Positions 49,101 through 64,000 of a DNA stretch of 64,000 bases are shown here, piece by piece (position 1 is the stretch's first letter; each line of letters starts with the position of its first letter). A program made the position numbers and the translations under genes. Source of the DNA: Mobula hypostoma (lineage: Eukaryota); NCBI RefSeq assembly GCF_963921235.1, contig NC_086108.1:35342001-35406000 (forward strand), read 5' to 3'. The notes under the pieces are model-generated. The model had not been told where the DNA came from. It saw only the letters and a program-made list of their open reading frames with translations, and searched no databases.

Positions 49101-52100
49101 TTCAATACAATACAGTGCTCACTATCAGCCTACCGTCCTCCCTTCAGTACAATCCTGTGCACTTTCAGACTACCGTCCTCCCTTCAGTACAATACAGCAC
49201 TCACCATCAGCCTACCGTCCTCTCTTCAGTACAATACAGCACTCACCATCAGCCTACCGTCCTCCCTTCAATACAATACAGTGCTCACAATCAGCCAACC
49301 GTCCTCCCTTCAGTACAATACCGTGCTCACCATCAGCCTACCATCCTCCGTTCAGTACAATACAGCACTCACCATCAGCCTACCGTCCTCTCTTCAGTAC
49401 AATACAGCACTCACCATCAGCCTATTGTCCTCCCTTCAGTACAATACAGTGCTCACCATCAGCCTACCGTGCTCCCCACGGAACAATACAGTGATCACCA
49501 TCAGTCTACCGTCCATCCCACGGAACAATACAGTGATCACCATCAGCCTACCGTAGTCCCTTCAGTATAATTCAGTGCTCACCATCACCCTACCGTATTC
49601 TCTTCAATACAATACAGCTTTCACCATCAGCCTATCATCCTCCCTTCAGTACAATACAGTGCTCACCATCAGTCTACCGTCCTCCCTTCAGTACAATACA
49701 CTGCTCACCATCAGCCTACCGTCCTCCCTTCAGTACGATACAGTGCTCACCATCAGCCTACCGTCCTCCCTTCAGTACAATACTATGCTCACGATCAGCC
49801 TACAGTCCTCCCTTCAGTACAATCCTGTGCACTTTCAGACTACCGTCCTCCCTTCAGTACAATACAGCACTCACCATCAGCCTACCGTCCTCCCTTCAAT
49901 ACAATACAGTGCTCACTATCAGCCTACCGTCCTCACTTCAGTACAATACAGTGCTCACCATCAGCCTACCGTCCTCTCTTCAGTACAATACAGCACTCAC
50001 CATCAGCCTACCGTCCCCCCTTCAATACAATACAGTGCTCACAATCAGCCTACCGTCCTCCCTTCAGTACAATACAGTGCTCACCATCAGCCTACCATCC
50101 TCCGTTCAGTACAATACAGCCCTCACCATCAGCCTACCGTCCTCTCTTCAGTACAATACAGCACTCACCATCAGCCTATTGTCCTCCCTTCAGTACAATA
50201 CAGTGCTCACCATCAGCCTACCGTGCTCCCCACGGAACAATACAGTGATCACCATCAGTCTACCGTCCATCCCACGGAACAATACAGTGATCACCATCAG
50301 CCTACCGTAGTCCCTTCAGTATAATTCAGTGCTCACCATCACCCTACCATATTCTCTTCAAGACAATACAGCTTTCACCATCAGCCTATCATCCTCCCTT
50401 CAGTACAATACAGTGCTCACCATCAGTCTACCGTCCTCACTTCAATACAATACAGTGATCACTATCTGCTTACCGTCCTCCCTTCAGTACGATACAGTGC
50501 TCGCCATCAGCCTACCGTCCTCCCTTCAGTACAATACACTGCTCACCATCAGCCTACCGTCCTCCCTTCAGTACGATACAGTGCTCACCATCAGCCTACC
50601 GTCCTCCCTTCAGTACAATACTATGCTCACTATCAGACTACCGTCCTCCCTTCAGTACAATAATGTGCTCACTATCAGACTACCGTCCTCCCTTCAGTAA
50701 AATACAGTACTCACCATGAGACTACCGTACTCCCTTCAGTACAATACTGTGCTCACTATCAGACTACCGTCCTCCCTTCAGTACAATACAGCACTCACCA
50801 TCAGCCTACCGTCCTCCCTTCAGTACAATACAGTGCTCACCATCAGCCTACCGTCCTCCCTTCAGTACAATACTGTGCTCACTATCAGACTACCATCCTC
50901 CCTTCAGTACAATACAGTGATCACCATCAGACTACCGTTCTCCCTTCAGTACAATACAGTGCTCACCATCAGCCTACCGTCCTCCCTTCAGTACAATACA
51001 GTGCTCACCATCAGCCTACCGTCCTCCCTTCAGTACAATACAGTGCTCACCATCAGCTTACCATCCTCCCTTCAGTACAATCCTGTGCTCACTTTCAGAC
51101 TACCGTCCTCCCTTCAGTACAATACACAACTCACCATCAGCCTACCGTCCTCCCTTCAATACAATACAGTGCTCACTATCAGCCTACCGTCCTCCCTTCA
51201 GTACAATACAGTGCTCACCATCAGCCTACCGTGCTCCCCACGGAACAATACAGTGATCACCATCAGTCTACCGTCCATCCCACGGAACAATACAGTGATC
51301 ACCATCAGCCTACCGTAGTCCCTTCAGTATAATTCAGTGCTCACCATCACCCTACCGTATTCTCTTCAATACAATACAGCTTTCACCATCAGCCTATCAT
51401 CCTCCCTTCAGTACAATACAGTGCTCACCATCAGTCTAACGTCCTCACTTCAATACAATACAGTGATCACTATCAGCTTACCGTCCTCCCTTCAGTACGA
51501 TACAGTGCTCGCCATCAGCCTACCGTCCTCCCTTCAGTACAATCCACTGCTCACCATCAGCCTACCGTCCTCCCTTCAGTACGATACAGTGCTCACCATC
51601 AGCCTACCGTCCTCCCTTCAGTACAATACTATGCTCACGATCAGCCTACCGTCCTCCCTTCAGTACAATCCTGTGCACTTTCAGACTAACGTCCTCCCTT
51701 CAGTACAATACAGCACTCACCATCAGCCTACCGTCCTCCCTTCAATACAATACAGTGCTCACTATCAGCCTACCGTCCTCACTTCAGTACAATACAGTGC
51801 TCACCATCAGCCTACCGTCCTCTCTTCAGTACAATACAGCACTCACCATCAGCCTACCGTCCCCCCTTCAATACAATACAGTGCTCACAATCAGCCTACC
51901 GTCCTCCCTTCAGTACAATACAGTGCTCACCATTAGCCTACCATCCTCCGTTCAGTACAATACAGCACTCACCATCAGCCTACCGTCCTCTCTTCAGTAC
52001 AACACAGCACTCACCATCAGCCTATTGTCCTCCCTTCAGTACAATACAGTGCTCACCATCAGCCTACCGTGCTCCCCACGGAACAATACAGTGATCACCA

Positions 52101-55100
52101 TCAGTCTACTGTCCATCCCACGGAACAATACAGTGATCACCATCAGCCTACCGTAGTCCCTTCAGTATAATTCAGTGCTCACCATCACCCTACCATATTC
52201 TCTTCAAGACAATACAGCTTTCACCATCAGCCTATCATCCTCCCTTCAGTACAATACAGTGCTCACCATCAGTCTACCGTCCTCACTTCAATACAATACA
52301 GTTATCACTATCAGCTTACCGTCCTCCCTTCAGTACAATACACTGCTCACCATCAGCCTACCGTCCTCCCTTCAGTACGATACAGTGCTCACCATCAGCC
52401 TACCGTCCTCCCTTCAGTACAATACTGTGCTCACTATAAGACTACCATCCTCCCTTCAGTACAATAATGTTCTCACTATCAGACTACCGTCCTCCCTTCA
52501 GTAAAATACAGTACTCACCATGAGACTACCGTACTCCCTTCAGTACAATACTGTGCTCACTATCAGACTACCGTCCTCCCTTCAGTACAATACAGCACTC
52601 ACCATCAGCCTACCGTCCTCCCTTCAATACAATACAGTGCTCACTATCAGCCTACCGTCCTCACTTCAGTACAATACAGTGCTCACCATCAGCCTACCGT
52701 CCTCTCTTCAGTACAATACAGCACTCACCATCAGCCTACCGTCCCCCCTTCAATACAATACAGTGCTCACAATCAGCCTACCGTCCTCCCTTCAGTACAA
52801 TACAGTGCTCACCATCAGCCTACCATCCTCCGTTCAGTACAATACAGCCCTCACCATCAGCCTACCGTCCTCTCTTCAGTACAATACAGCACTCACCATC
52901 AGCCTATTGTCCTCCCTTCAGTACAATACAGTGCTCACCATCAGCCTACCGTGCTCCCCACGGAACAATACAGTGATCACCATCAGTCTACCGTCCATCC
53001 CACGGAACAATACAGTGATCACCATCAGCCTACCGTAGTCCCTTCAGTATAATTCAGTGCTCACCATCACCCTACCATATTCTCTTCAAGACAATACAGC
53101 TTTCACCATCAGCCTATCATCCTCCCTTCAGTACAATACAGTGCTCACCATCAGTCTACCGTCCTCACTTCAATACAATACAGTGATCACTATCTGCTTA
53201 CCGTCCTCCCTTCAGTACGATACAGTGCTCGCCATCAGCCTACCGTCCTCCCTTCAGTACAATACACTGCTCACCATCAGCCTACCGTCCTCCCTTCAGT
53301 ACGATACAGTGCTCACCATCAGCCTACCGTCCTCCCTTCAGTACAATACTATGCTCACTATCAGACTACCGTCCTCCCTTCAGTACAATAATGTGCTCAC
53401 TATCAGACTACCGTCCTCCCTTCAGTAAAATACAGTACTCACCATGAGACTACCGTACTCCCTTCAGTACAATACTGTGCTCACTATCAGACTACCGTCC
53501 TCCCTTCAGTACAATACAGCACTCACCATCAGCCTACCGTCCTCCCTTCAGTACAATACAGTGCTCACCATCAGCCTACCGTCCTCCCTTCAGTACAATA
53601 CTGTGCTCACTATCAGACTACCATCCTCCCTTCAGTACAATACAGTGATCACCATCAGACTACCGTTCTCCCTTCAGTACAATACAGTGCTCACCATCAG
53701 CCTACCGTCCTCCCTTCAGTACAATACAGTGCTCACCATCAGCCTATTGTCCTCCCTTCAGTACAATACAGTGCTCACCATCAGCCTACCGTGCTCCCCA
53801 CGGAACAATACAGTGATCACCATCAGTCTACCGTCCATCCCACGGAACAATACAGTGATCACCATCAGCCTACCGTAGTCCCTTCAGTATAATTCAGTGC
53901 TCACCATCACCCTACCATATTCTCTTCAAGACAATACAGCTTTCACCATCAGCCTATCATCCTCCCTTCAGTACAATACAGTGCTCACCATCAGTCTACC
54001 GTCCTCACTTCAATACAATACAGTGATCACTATCAGCTTACCGTCCTCCCTTCAGTACAATACACTGCTCACCATCAGCCTACCGTCCTCCCTTCAGTAC
54101 GATACAGTGCTCACCATCAGCCTACCGTCCTCCCTTCAGTACAATACTGTGCTCACTATAAGACTACCATCCTCCCTTCAGTACAATAATGTGCTCACTA
54201 TCAGACTACCGTCCTCCCTTCAGTAAAATACAGTACTCACCATGAGACTACCGTACTCCCTTCAGTACAATACAGTGCTCACTATCAGCCTACCGTCCTC
54301 CCTTCAGTACAATACAGCACTCACCATCAGCCTACCGTCCTCCCTTCAGTACAATACAGTGCTCACCATCAGCCTACCGTCCTCCCTTCAGTACAATACT
54401 GTGCTCACTATCAGACTACCATCCTCCCTTCAGTACAATACAGTGCTCACCATCAGCCTACCGTTCTCCCTTCAGTACAATACAGTGCTCACCATCAGCC
54501 TACCGTCCTCCCTTCAGTACAATACAGTGCTCACCATCAGCCTACCGTCCTCCCTTCAGTACAATACAGTGCTCACCATCAGCCTACCATCCTCCCTTCA
54601 GTACAATCCTGTGCTCACCATCAGCCTACCGTCCTCCCTTCAGTACAATACAGCACTCACCATCAGCCTACCGTCCTCCCTTCAATACAATACAGTGCTC
54701 ACTATCAGCCTACCGTCCTCCCTTCAGTACAATACAGTGCTCACCATCAGCCTACCGTCCTCCGTTCAGTACAATACAGCACTCACCATCAGCCTACCGT
54801 CCTCTCTTCAGTACAATACAACACTCACCATCAGCCTACCGTCCTCACTTCAGTACAATACAGTGCTCACCATCAGCCTACCGTCCTCCCTTCAGTACAA
54901 TACAGCACTCACCATCAGCCTATTGTCCTCCCTTCAGTACAATACAGTGCTCACCATCAGCCTACCGTCCTCCCTTCAGTACAATCCTGTGCACTTTCAG
55001 ACTACCGTCCTCCCTTCAGTACAATACAGCACTCACCATCAGCCTACCGTCCTCTCTTCAGTACAATACAGCACTCACCATCAGCCTACCGTCCTCCCTT

Positions 55101-58100
55101 CAATACAATACAGTGCTCACAATCAGCCTACCGTCCTCCCTTCAGTACAATACAGTGCTCACCATCAGCCTACCGTGCTCCCCACGGAACAATACAGTGA
55201 TCACCATCAGTCTACCGTCCATCCCACGGAACAATACAGTGATCACCATCAGCCTACCGTAGTCCCTTCAGTATAATTCAGTGCTCACCATCACCCTACC
55301 GTATTCTCTTCAATACAATACAGCTTTCACCATCAGCCTATCATCCTCCCTTCAGTACAATACAGTGCTCACCATCAGTCTACCGTCCTCACTTCAATAC
55401 AATACAGTGATCACTATCAGCCTACCGTCCTCCCTTCAGTACGATACAGTGCTCGCCATCAGCCTACCGTCCTCCCTTCAGTACAATACACTGCTCACCA
55501 TCAGCCTACCGTCCTCCCTTCAGTACCATACTATGCTCACGATCAGCCTACCGTCCTCCCTTCAGTACAATCCTGTGCACTTTCAGACTACCGTCCTCCC
55601 TTCAGTACAATACAGCACTCACCATCAGCCTACCGTCCTCCCTTCAATACAATACAGTGCTCACTATCAGCCTACCTTCCTCACTTCAGTACAATACAGT
55701 GCTCACCATCAGCCTACCGTCCTCTCTTCAGTACAATACAGCACTCACCATCAGCCTACCGTCCCCCCTTCAATACAATACAGTGCTCACAATCAGCCTA
55801 CCGTCCTCCCTTCAGTACAATACACTGCTCACCATCAGCCTACCATCCTCCGTTCAGTACAATACAGCACTCACCATCAGCCTACCGTCCTCTCTTCAGT
55901 ACAATACAGCACTCACCATCAGCCTATTGTCCTCCCTTCAGTACAATACAGTGCTCACCATCAGCCTACCGTGCTCCCCACGGAACAATACAGTGATCAC
56001 CATCAGTCTACCGTCCATCCCACGGAACAATACAGTGATCACCATCAGCCTACCGTAGTCCCTTCAGTATAATTCAGTGCTCACCATCACCCTACCATAT
56101 TCTCTTCAAGACAATACAGCTTTCACCATCAGCCTATCATCCTCCCTTCAGTACAATACAGTGCTCACCATCAGTCTACCGTCCTCACTTCAATACAATA
56201 CAGTGATCACTATCAGCTTACCGTCCTCCCTTCAGTACGATACAGTGCTCGCCATCAGCCTACCGTCCTCCCTTCAGTACAATACACTGCTCACCATCAG
56301 CCTACCGTCCTCCCTTCAGTACGATACAGTGCTCACCATCAGCCTACCGTCCTCCCTTCAGTACAATACTATGCTCACTATCAGACTACCATCCTCCCTT
56401 CAGTACAATAATGTGCTCACTATCAGACTACCATCCTCCCTTCAGTAAAATACAGTACTCACCATGAGACTACCGTACTCCCTTCAGTACAATACTGTGC
56501 TCACTATCAGACTACCATCCTCCCTTCAGTACAATACAGCACTCACCATCAGCCTACCGTCCTCCCTTCAGTACAATACAGTGCTCACCATCAGCCTACC
56601 GTCCTCCCTTCAGTACAATACTGTGCTCACTATCAGACTACCATCCTCCCTTCAGTACAATACAGTGCTCACCATCAGACTACCGTTCTCCCTTCAGTAC
56701 AATACAGTGCTCACCATCAGCCTACCGTCCTCCCTTCAGTACAATACAGTGCTCACCATCAGCCTACCGTCCTCCCTTCAGTACAATACAGTGCTCACCA
56801 TCAGCTTACCATCCTCCCTTCAGTACAATCCTGTGCTCACTTTCAGAGTACCGACCTCCCTTCAGTACAATACAGCACTCACCATCAGCCTACCGTCCTC
56901 CCTTCAATACAATACAGTGCTCACTATCAGCCTACCGTCCTCCCTTCAGTACAATACAGTGCTGACCATCAGCCTACCGTCCTCCGTTCAGTACAATACA
57001 GCACTCACCATCAGCCTACCGTCCTCTCTTCAGTACAATACAGCACTCACCATCAGCCTACTGTCCTCACTTCAGTACAATACAGTGCTCACCATCAGCC
57101 TACTGTCCTCCCTTCAGTACAATACAGCACTCACCATCAGCCTATTGTCCTCCCTTCAGGACAATACAGTGCTCACCATCAGCCTACCGTCCTCCCTTCA
57201 GTACAATCCTGTGCACTTTCAGACTACCGTCCTCCCTTCAGTACAATACAGCACTCACCATCAGCCTACCGTCCTCTCTTCAGTACAATACAGCACTCAC
57301 CATCAGCCTACCGTCCTCCCTTCAATACAATACAGTGCTCACAATCAGCCTACCGTCCTCCCTTCAGTACAATACCGTGCTCACCATCAGCCTACCATCC
57401 TCCGTTCATTACAATACAGCACTCACCATCAGCCTACCGTCCTCTCTTCAGTACAATACAGCACTCACCATCAGCCTATTGTCCTCCCTTCAGTACAATA
57501 CAGTGCTCACCATCAGCCTACCGTCCTCCCTTCAGTACAATACAGTGCTCACCATCAGTCTACCGTCCTCCCTTCAGTACAATACTGTGCTCACTATCAG
57601 ACTACCGTCCTCCCTTCAGTACAATACTGTGCTCACTATCAGACTACCATCCTCCCTTCAGTACAATACAGTGCTCACCATCAGACTACCGTTCTCCCTT
57701 CAGTACAATACAGTGCTCACCATCAGCCTACCGTCCTCCCTTCAGTACAATACAGTGCTCACCATCAGCCTACCGTCCTTCCTTCAGTACAATACATTGC
57801 TCACCATCAGCTTACCATCCTCCCTTCAGTACAATCCTGTGCTCACTTTCAGACTACCGTCCTCCCTTCAGTACAATACAGCACTCACCATCAGCCTACC
57901 GTCCTCCCTTCAATACAATACAGTGCTCACTATCAGCCTACCGTCCTCCCTTCAGTACAATACAGTGCTGACCATCAGCCTACCGTCCTCCGTTCAGTAC
58001 AATACAGCACTCACCATCAGCCTACCGTCCTCTCTTCAGTACAATACAGCACTCACCATCAGCCTACCGTCCTCACTTCAGTACAATACAGTGCTCACCA

Positions 58101-59799
58101 TCAGCCTACCGTCCTCCCTTCAGTACAATACAGCACTCACCATCAGCCTATTGTCCTCCCTTCAGTACAATACAGTGCTCACCATCAGCCTACCGTCCTC
58201 CCTTCAGTACAATCCTGTGCACTTTCAGACTACCGTCCTCCCTTCAGTACAATACAGCACTCACCATCAGCCTACCGTCCTCTCTTCAGTACAATACAGC
58301 ACTCACCATCAGCCTACCGTCCTCCCTTCAATACAATACAGTGCTCACAATCAGCCTACCGTCCTCCCTTCAGTACAATACCGTGCTCACCATCAGCCTA
58401 CCATCCTCCGTTCAGTACAATACAGCACTCACCATCAGCCTACCGTCCTCTCTTCAGTACAATACAGCACTCACCATCAGCCTATTGTCCTCCCTTCAGT
58501 ACAATACAGTGCTCACCATCAGCCTACCGTGCTCCCCACGGAACAATACAGTGATCACCATCAGTCTACCGTCCATCCCACGGAACAATACAGTGATCAC
58601 CATCAGCCTACCGTAGTCCCTTCAGTATAATTCAGTGCTCACCATCACCCTACCGTATTCTCTTCAATACAATACAGCTTTCACCATCAGCCTATCATCC
58701 TCCCTTCAGTACAATACAGTGCTCACCATCAGTCTACCGTCCTCACTTCAATACAATACAGTGATCACTATCAGCTTACCGTCCTCCCTTCAGTACGATA
58801 CAGTGCTCGCCATCAGCCTACCGTCCTCCCTTCAGTACAATACACTGCTCACCATCAGCCTACCGTCCTCCCTTCAGTACCATACTATGCTCACGATCAG
58901 CCTACCGTCCTCCCTTCAGTACAATCCTGTGCACTTTCAGACTACCGTCCTCCCTTCAGTACAATACAGCACTCACCATCAGCCTACCGTCCTCCCTTCA
59001 ATACAATACAGTGCTCACTATCAGCCTACCGTCCTCACTTCAGTACAATACAGTGCTCACCATCAGCCTACCGTCCTCTCTTCAGTACAATACAGCACTC
59101 ACCATCAGCCTACCGTCCCCCCTTCAATACAATACAGTGCTCACAATCAGCCTACCGTCCTCCCTTCAGTACAATACAGTGCTCACCATCAGCCTACCAT
59201 CCTCCGTTCAGTACAATACAGCACTCACCATCAGCCTACCGTCCTCTCTTCAGTACAATACAGCACTCACAATCAGCCTATTGTCCTCCCTTCAGTACAA
59301 TACAGTGCTCACCATCAGCCTACCGTGCTCCCCACGGAACAATACAGTGATCACCATCAGTCTACCGTCCATCCCACGGAACAATACAGTGATCACCATC
59401 AGCCTACCGTAGTCCCTTCAGTATAATTCACTGCTCACCATCACCCTACCATATTCTCTTCAAGACAATACAGCTTTCACCATCAGCCTATCATCCTCCC
59501 TTCAGTACAATACAGTGCTCACCATCAGTCTACCGTCCTCACTTCAATACAATACAGTGATCACTATCAGCTTACCGTCCTCCCTTCAGTACGATACAGT
59601 GCTCGCCATCAGCCTACCGTCCTCCCTTCAGTACAATACACTGCTCACCATCAGCCTACCGTCCTCCCTTCAGTACGATACAGTGCTCACCATCAGCCTA
59701 CCGTCCTCCCTTCAGTACAATACTATGCTCACTATCAGACTACCATCCTCCCTTCAGTACAATAATGTGCTCACTATCAGACTACCGTCCTCCCTTCAG
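46105..59799. repeat. 42-bp minisatellite, about 325 units, with higher-order repeats; truncated by gap
   Basis: Consensus GTGCTCACCATCAGCCTACCGTCCTCCCTTCAGTACAATACA, with recurrent variant units including a 40-bp unit (..aatcctgtgcactttcagac..). Confidence 0.98.
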
Positions 59800-59999
59800 N
59801 NNNNNNNNNNNNNNNNNNNNNNNNNNNNNNNNNNNNNNNNNNNNNNNNNNNNNNNNNNNNNNNNNNNNNNNNNNNNNNNNNNNNNNNNNNNNNNNNNNNN
59901 NNNNNNNNNNNNNNNNNNNNNNNNNNNNNNNNNNNNNNNNNNNNNNNNNNNNNNNNNNNNNNNNNNNNNNNNNNNNNNNNNNNNNNNNNNNNNNNNNNN
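59800..59999. other. Assembly gap (200 N)
   Basis: Run of exactly 200 N, a round value typical of scaffolding gaps of unknown size. Confidence 0.99.
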
Positions 60000-62900
60000 T
60001 TCAGACTGAAATAAAGCAATCTTAAATATGAAGGAGATGTTGTTATGGATACTACCTATTGAATTAAAATTAAGCATGCTAACTCAGACTTTAATGCTAA
60101 TGTTAACCTTAGAGCTACAATGGTGTAAAAACTAACCATTACTTAACTTCAGCAGAAACAGACCTTTCTAAAGTAGCTGCTCTAGAAAGAAACCTATTAT
60201 TGCTGAACTGCTATGAACAGAATTTGATTAGTTTTAGTCACTTGCTGTTAGTCTCCTTCTCAGGATCAATAATTCTTGATTAATTTTAAGCATATTTATT
60301 TTCTTGCTATAAGATATCAAGAAATCCATAATTCAATGATATTTTGTTAACCTTGACAATCTTGGTAAAGAATGAAACGTTTTCACTAATTCACACATTT
60401 TTCATATCTGCAGATCTCATTTAAAAGTCTAAAATCTTGAAATCGTAAAACGGAAATCCATATTGGGTATTGATCTCAACGAGGATGTTACTAAAATAAT
60501 AATGACTGAGAGGTAGACACACATGCTAAAGATTTCTGGGAAATAATTCAGCAACACAATCCAGGTCTATGCAATATAGAGGAGTTCAATTCACAGCAAT
60601 CAATTTCTGGTCATTCCATTCCAGATGAGCGATGCACAATGAACCCAGTCATGACAAACAAATCTATGCTGCACCAAACAACACTGAGGTGAGGTGAGGG
60701 CCTCCGTTGCCCAGAGTTGACCACGGATATTGCATCCTAGTGGTCTAGATATGCAAGCCTGGGCAGTACAATATGGAGAGCAAGCTGTGGCCCATCTAAC
60801 AAGCTCCCCGTCTCCCCGCATCTGATGAACCCAAGGGAACGGCAAACCGATACAGTTTGGTACCAGCAGCTTCACAGCTGCCAGCCAGTATTCAACTCAG
60901 TATTGGACTGTCTTAATGACTCCAGCTCTGGATTTTTCCCTTGGGATTTACTCCCAAAGACTTCCCCGTAAGCAGGTATAGCCCCAAGACAGCGGAGGTT
61001 TGAGATTAGAGCTCTCCTTCTCCTGGATGAGCTGCCAACCATGGCTGACAAGCCCCAGCAGCCCAAAGTGACAGGTTTCAGGCACCAGTAACCCACCTTT
61101 GCCCTTTCTCCTGTCAGTAGAGATGGTTCAGCCGAGCTTAGTCGCGAAACCACATGTGAAGGCCAGGAGCTGGACTCGTTTCTTGAGGGCTATTGAGGTA
61201 TGCTCCATTGGGAACATTTAATGAAGGGAGGTCACTACCTACCATCCTCCCTTCAATACAATACAGTGCTCACCGTCAGCCTACCGTCCTCCCTTCAATA
61301 CAATACAGTGCTCACCATCAGCCTACAGTCCTCCTTTCAGTACAATACAGTGCTCACCATCAGCATACCGTCCCCCCCACAGAACAATACAGTGATCACC
61401 ATCAGCCTACCATCCTCAATTCGGTACAATAGAGCGCTCACCACCAGCCTACCGTCCTCAATTCAGTACAATACAGTGCTCACCATCAGCCTACCGTCCT
61501 CCCTTCAGTACAATACAGTGCTCACCATCAGCCTACCATCCTCCCTTCTGTACAATACAGTGCTCATCATCAGCCTACCATCCTCCCTTCTGTACAATAC
61601 AGTGCTCACCATGAGACTACCGTCCTACCTTCAGGACAATTCATCGCTCACCATCAGCCTACCGTCCTCAATTCGGTACAATACAGCGCTCACCACCAGC
61701 CTACCGTCCTCCCCATGGTACAATGCGGTGATCACCATCAGCCTACCATTCTTCCTTCAGCACAATACAGTACTCACCATGAGACTACCATCCTACCTTC
61801 AGTACAATTCATCGCTCACCATCAGCCTCTTGTCCTCGCCACAGTACAATACAGCGGTCACCATCAACATACCATCCCCCCTTCAGTACAATACAGCACT
61901 CACCATCAGCCCATCGTCCTCCATACAGTACTATACAGTGCTCACCATCAGCCAACCGTCCTCTCTTCAATACAATACAGCACTCACCATCAGCCTATCG
62001 TCCTCCCTTCAGTACAATACAGTACTCACTATCAGCCTACCATCCTCACTTCAGTACAATACAGTGCTCACCATCAGTCTACCGTCCTTCCCACAGTACA
62101 ATACAGTGCTCATCATCAGCCTACCGTCCTCCCTTCAGTACAATACAGTGCTCATCATCAGCCTACCATCCTCCCTTCAGTACAATACAGTGCTCACCAT
62201 CAGCCTACCGTCCTCTCTTCAGTACAATACAGCACTCACCATCAGCCTATTGTCCTCCCTTCAGTACAATACAGTGCTCACCATCAGCCTACCGTCCTCC
62301 CTTCAGTACAAGACAGTGCTCACTATCAGACTACCGTCCTCCCTTCAGTACAATACAGTACTCACCATGAGACTACCGTCCTACCTTCAGTACAATTCAT
62401 CGCTCACCATCAGCCTCTTGTCCTCCCCACAGAACAATACAGTGATCACCCTCAGCCTACCGTCCTCAATTCAGTACAATACAGTGCTCACTATCAGCCT
62501 ATCGTCCTCTCTTCAGTACAATACAGTGCTCACCATCAGCCTACCATCCTCCCCACAGTACAATACAGCACTCACCATCAGCCTACTGTCCTTCCCACAG
62601 TAGAATACAGCTTTCACCATCAGCCTATCATCCTCCCTTCAGTAGAATACAGTTCTCACCCTAAGCCTACCGTCCTCACTTCAGTACAATACAGTTCTCA
62701 CTCTCAGCCTACCGTCCTCCCCACAGTACAATACAGTGCTCACTATCAGACTACCATCCTCCCTTCAGTACAATACAGTACTCACCATGAGACTACCGTC
62801 CTACCTTCAGTACAATACAGTGCTCACTATCAGCCTACCGTCCTCCATTCAGTACAATACAGCACTCACCATCAGCCTACCGTCCTCCCTTCAGTACAAT

Positions 62901-64000
62901 ACAGTGCTCACAATCAGCCTACCGTCCTCCCTTCAGTACAATACAATGCTCACCATCAGCCTACCGTCCTCCCTTCAGTACAATACTGTGCTCACTATCA
63001 GACTACCGTCCTCCCTTCAGTACAATACAGCACTCACCATCAGCCTACCGTCCTCCCTTCAATACAATACAGTGCTCACAATCAGCCTACCGTCCTCCCT
63101 TCAGTACAACACAGTGCTCACCATCAGCCTACCATCCTCTGTTCAGTACAATACAGCACTCACCATCAGCCTACCGTCCTCTCTTCAGTACGATACAGCA
63201 CTCACCATCAGCCTATTGTCCTCCCTTCAATACAATACAGTGCTCACCATCAGCCGACCGTGCTCCCCACGGAACAATACAGTGATCACCATCAGCCTAC
63301 CGTAGTCCATTCAGTATAATTCAGTGCTCACCATCACCCTACCGTATTCTCTTCAATACAATACAGCTTTCACCATCAGCCTATCATCCTCCCTTCAGTA
63401 CAATACAGTGCTCACCATCAGTCTACCGTCCTCACTTCAATACAATACAGTGATCACTATCAGCTTACCGTCCTCCCTTCAGTACGATACAGTGCTCGCC
63501 ATCAGCCTACCGTCCTCCCTTCAGTACAATACACTGCTCACCATCAGCCTACCGTCCTCCCTTCAGTACGATACAGTGCTCACCATCAGCCTACCGTCCT
63601 CCCTTCAGTATAATACTATGCTCACTATCAGACTACCGTCCTCCCTTCAGTACAATACTGTGCTCACTATCAGACTACCGTCCTCCCTTCAGTAAAATAC
63701 AGTACTCACCATGAGACTACCGTACCCCCTTCAGTACAATACTGTGCTCACTATCAGACTACCGTCCTCCCTTCAGTACAATACAACACTCACCATCAGC
63801 CTACCGTCCTCCCTTCAGTATAATACAGTGCTCACCATCAGCCTACCGTCCTCCCTTCAGTACAATACCGTGCTCACTTTCAGACTACCATCCTCCCTTC
63901 AGTACAATACAGTGCTCACCATCAGACTACCGTTCTCTCTTCAGTACAATACAGTGCTCACCATCAGCCTACCGTCCTCCCTTCAGTACAATACAGCACT
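60000..64000 (+). repeat. Duplicate of 44869-48869 (unique DNA, RTE-like element and start of the 42-bp array)
   Basis: Constant offset 15131 (45469/60600, 46069/61200, 46584/61715, 48193/63324) with identical ORF translations. Confidence 0.95.

Noticed and set aside
46069..59799. ORFs of (VLTISLPSSLQYNT)n or (SAHHQPTVLPSVQY)n as an LRR-like or His-rich protein
   Set aside because: All three plus frames of the unit are stop-free by composition. Stop-containing and 40-bp frameshifting variants were amplified within the HORs.
20021..59799. CRISPR-like array interpretation of either tandem array
   Set aside because: Head-to-tail repeats with no unique spacers, no cas genes, vertebrate context.

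Overview
Repeat-dominated vertebrate genomic DNA. The repeat families (CR1 and Rex1/Babar LINEs, Penelope-like elements, V-SINE and Deu-SINE relics, Tc1, Gypsy) suggest a cartilaginous fish, probably a ray; this is inference, not a database result. No intact host protein-coding gene can be supported. Highlights: (1) A decayed Gypsy/Ty3 LTR retrotransposon (minus strand, ~6060-9531) has its RT/RNaseH/integrase core replaced by an intronless fragment of the splicing-factor gene RBM25, i.e. a host-gene-transducing element. (2) A ~9.1 kb GC-rich 25/30-bp minisatellite (20021-29103) appears to have expanded from one repeat unit of a decayed Pro/Ala/Thr/Ser-rich coding exon. (3) Several short Penelope-derived insertions with 12-16 bp TSDs carry minimal hammerhead ribozyme cores, some as inverted pairs. 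(4) A ~13.7 kb 42-bp minisatellite with higher-order structure runs into a 200-N gap; the sequence after the gap repeats 44869-48869 at offset 15131, probably an assembly false duplication or haplotig. (5) An internally deleted IR/DR Tc1 transposon and multiply nested LINE insertions. The giant ORFs in the ORF track are by-products of stop-free repeat units.
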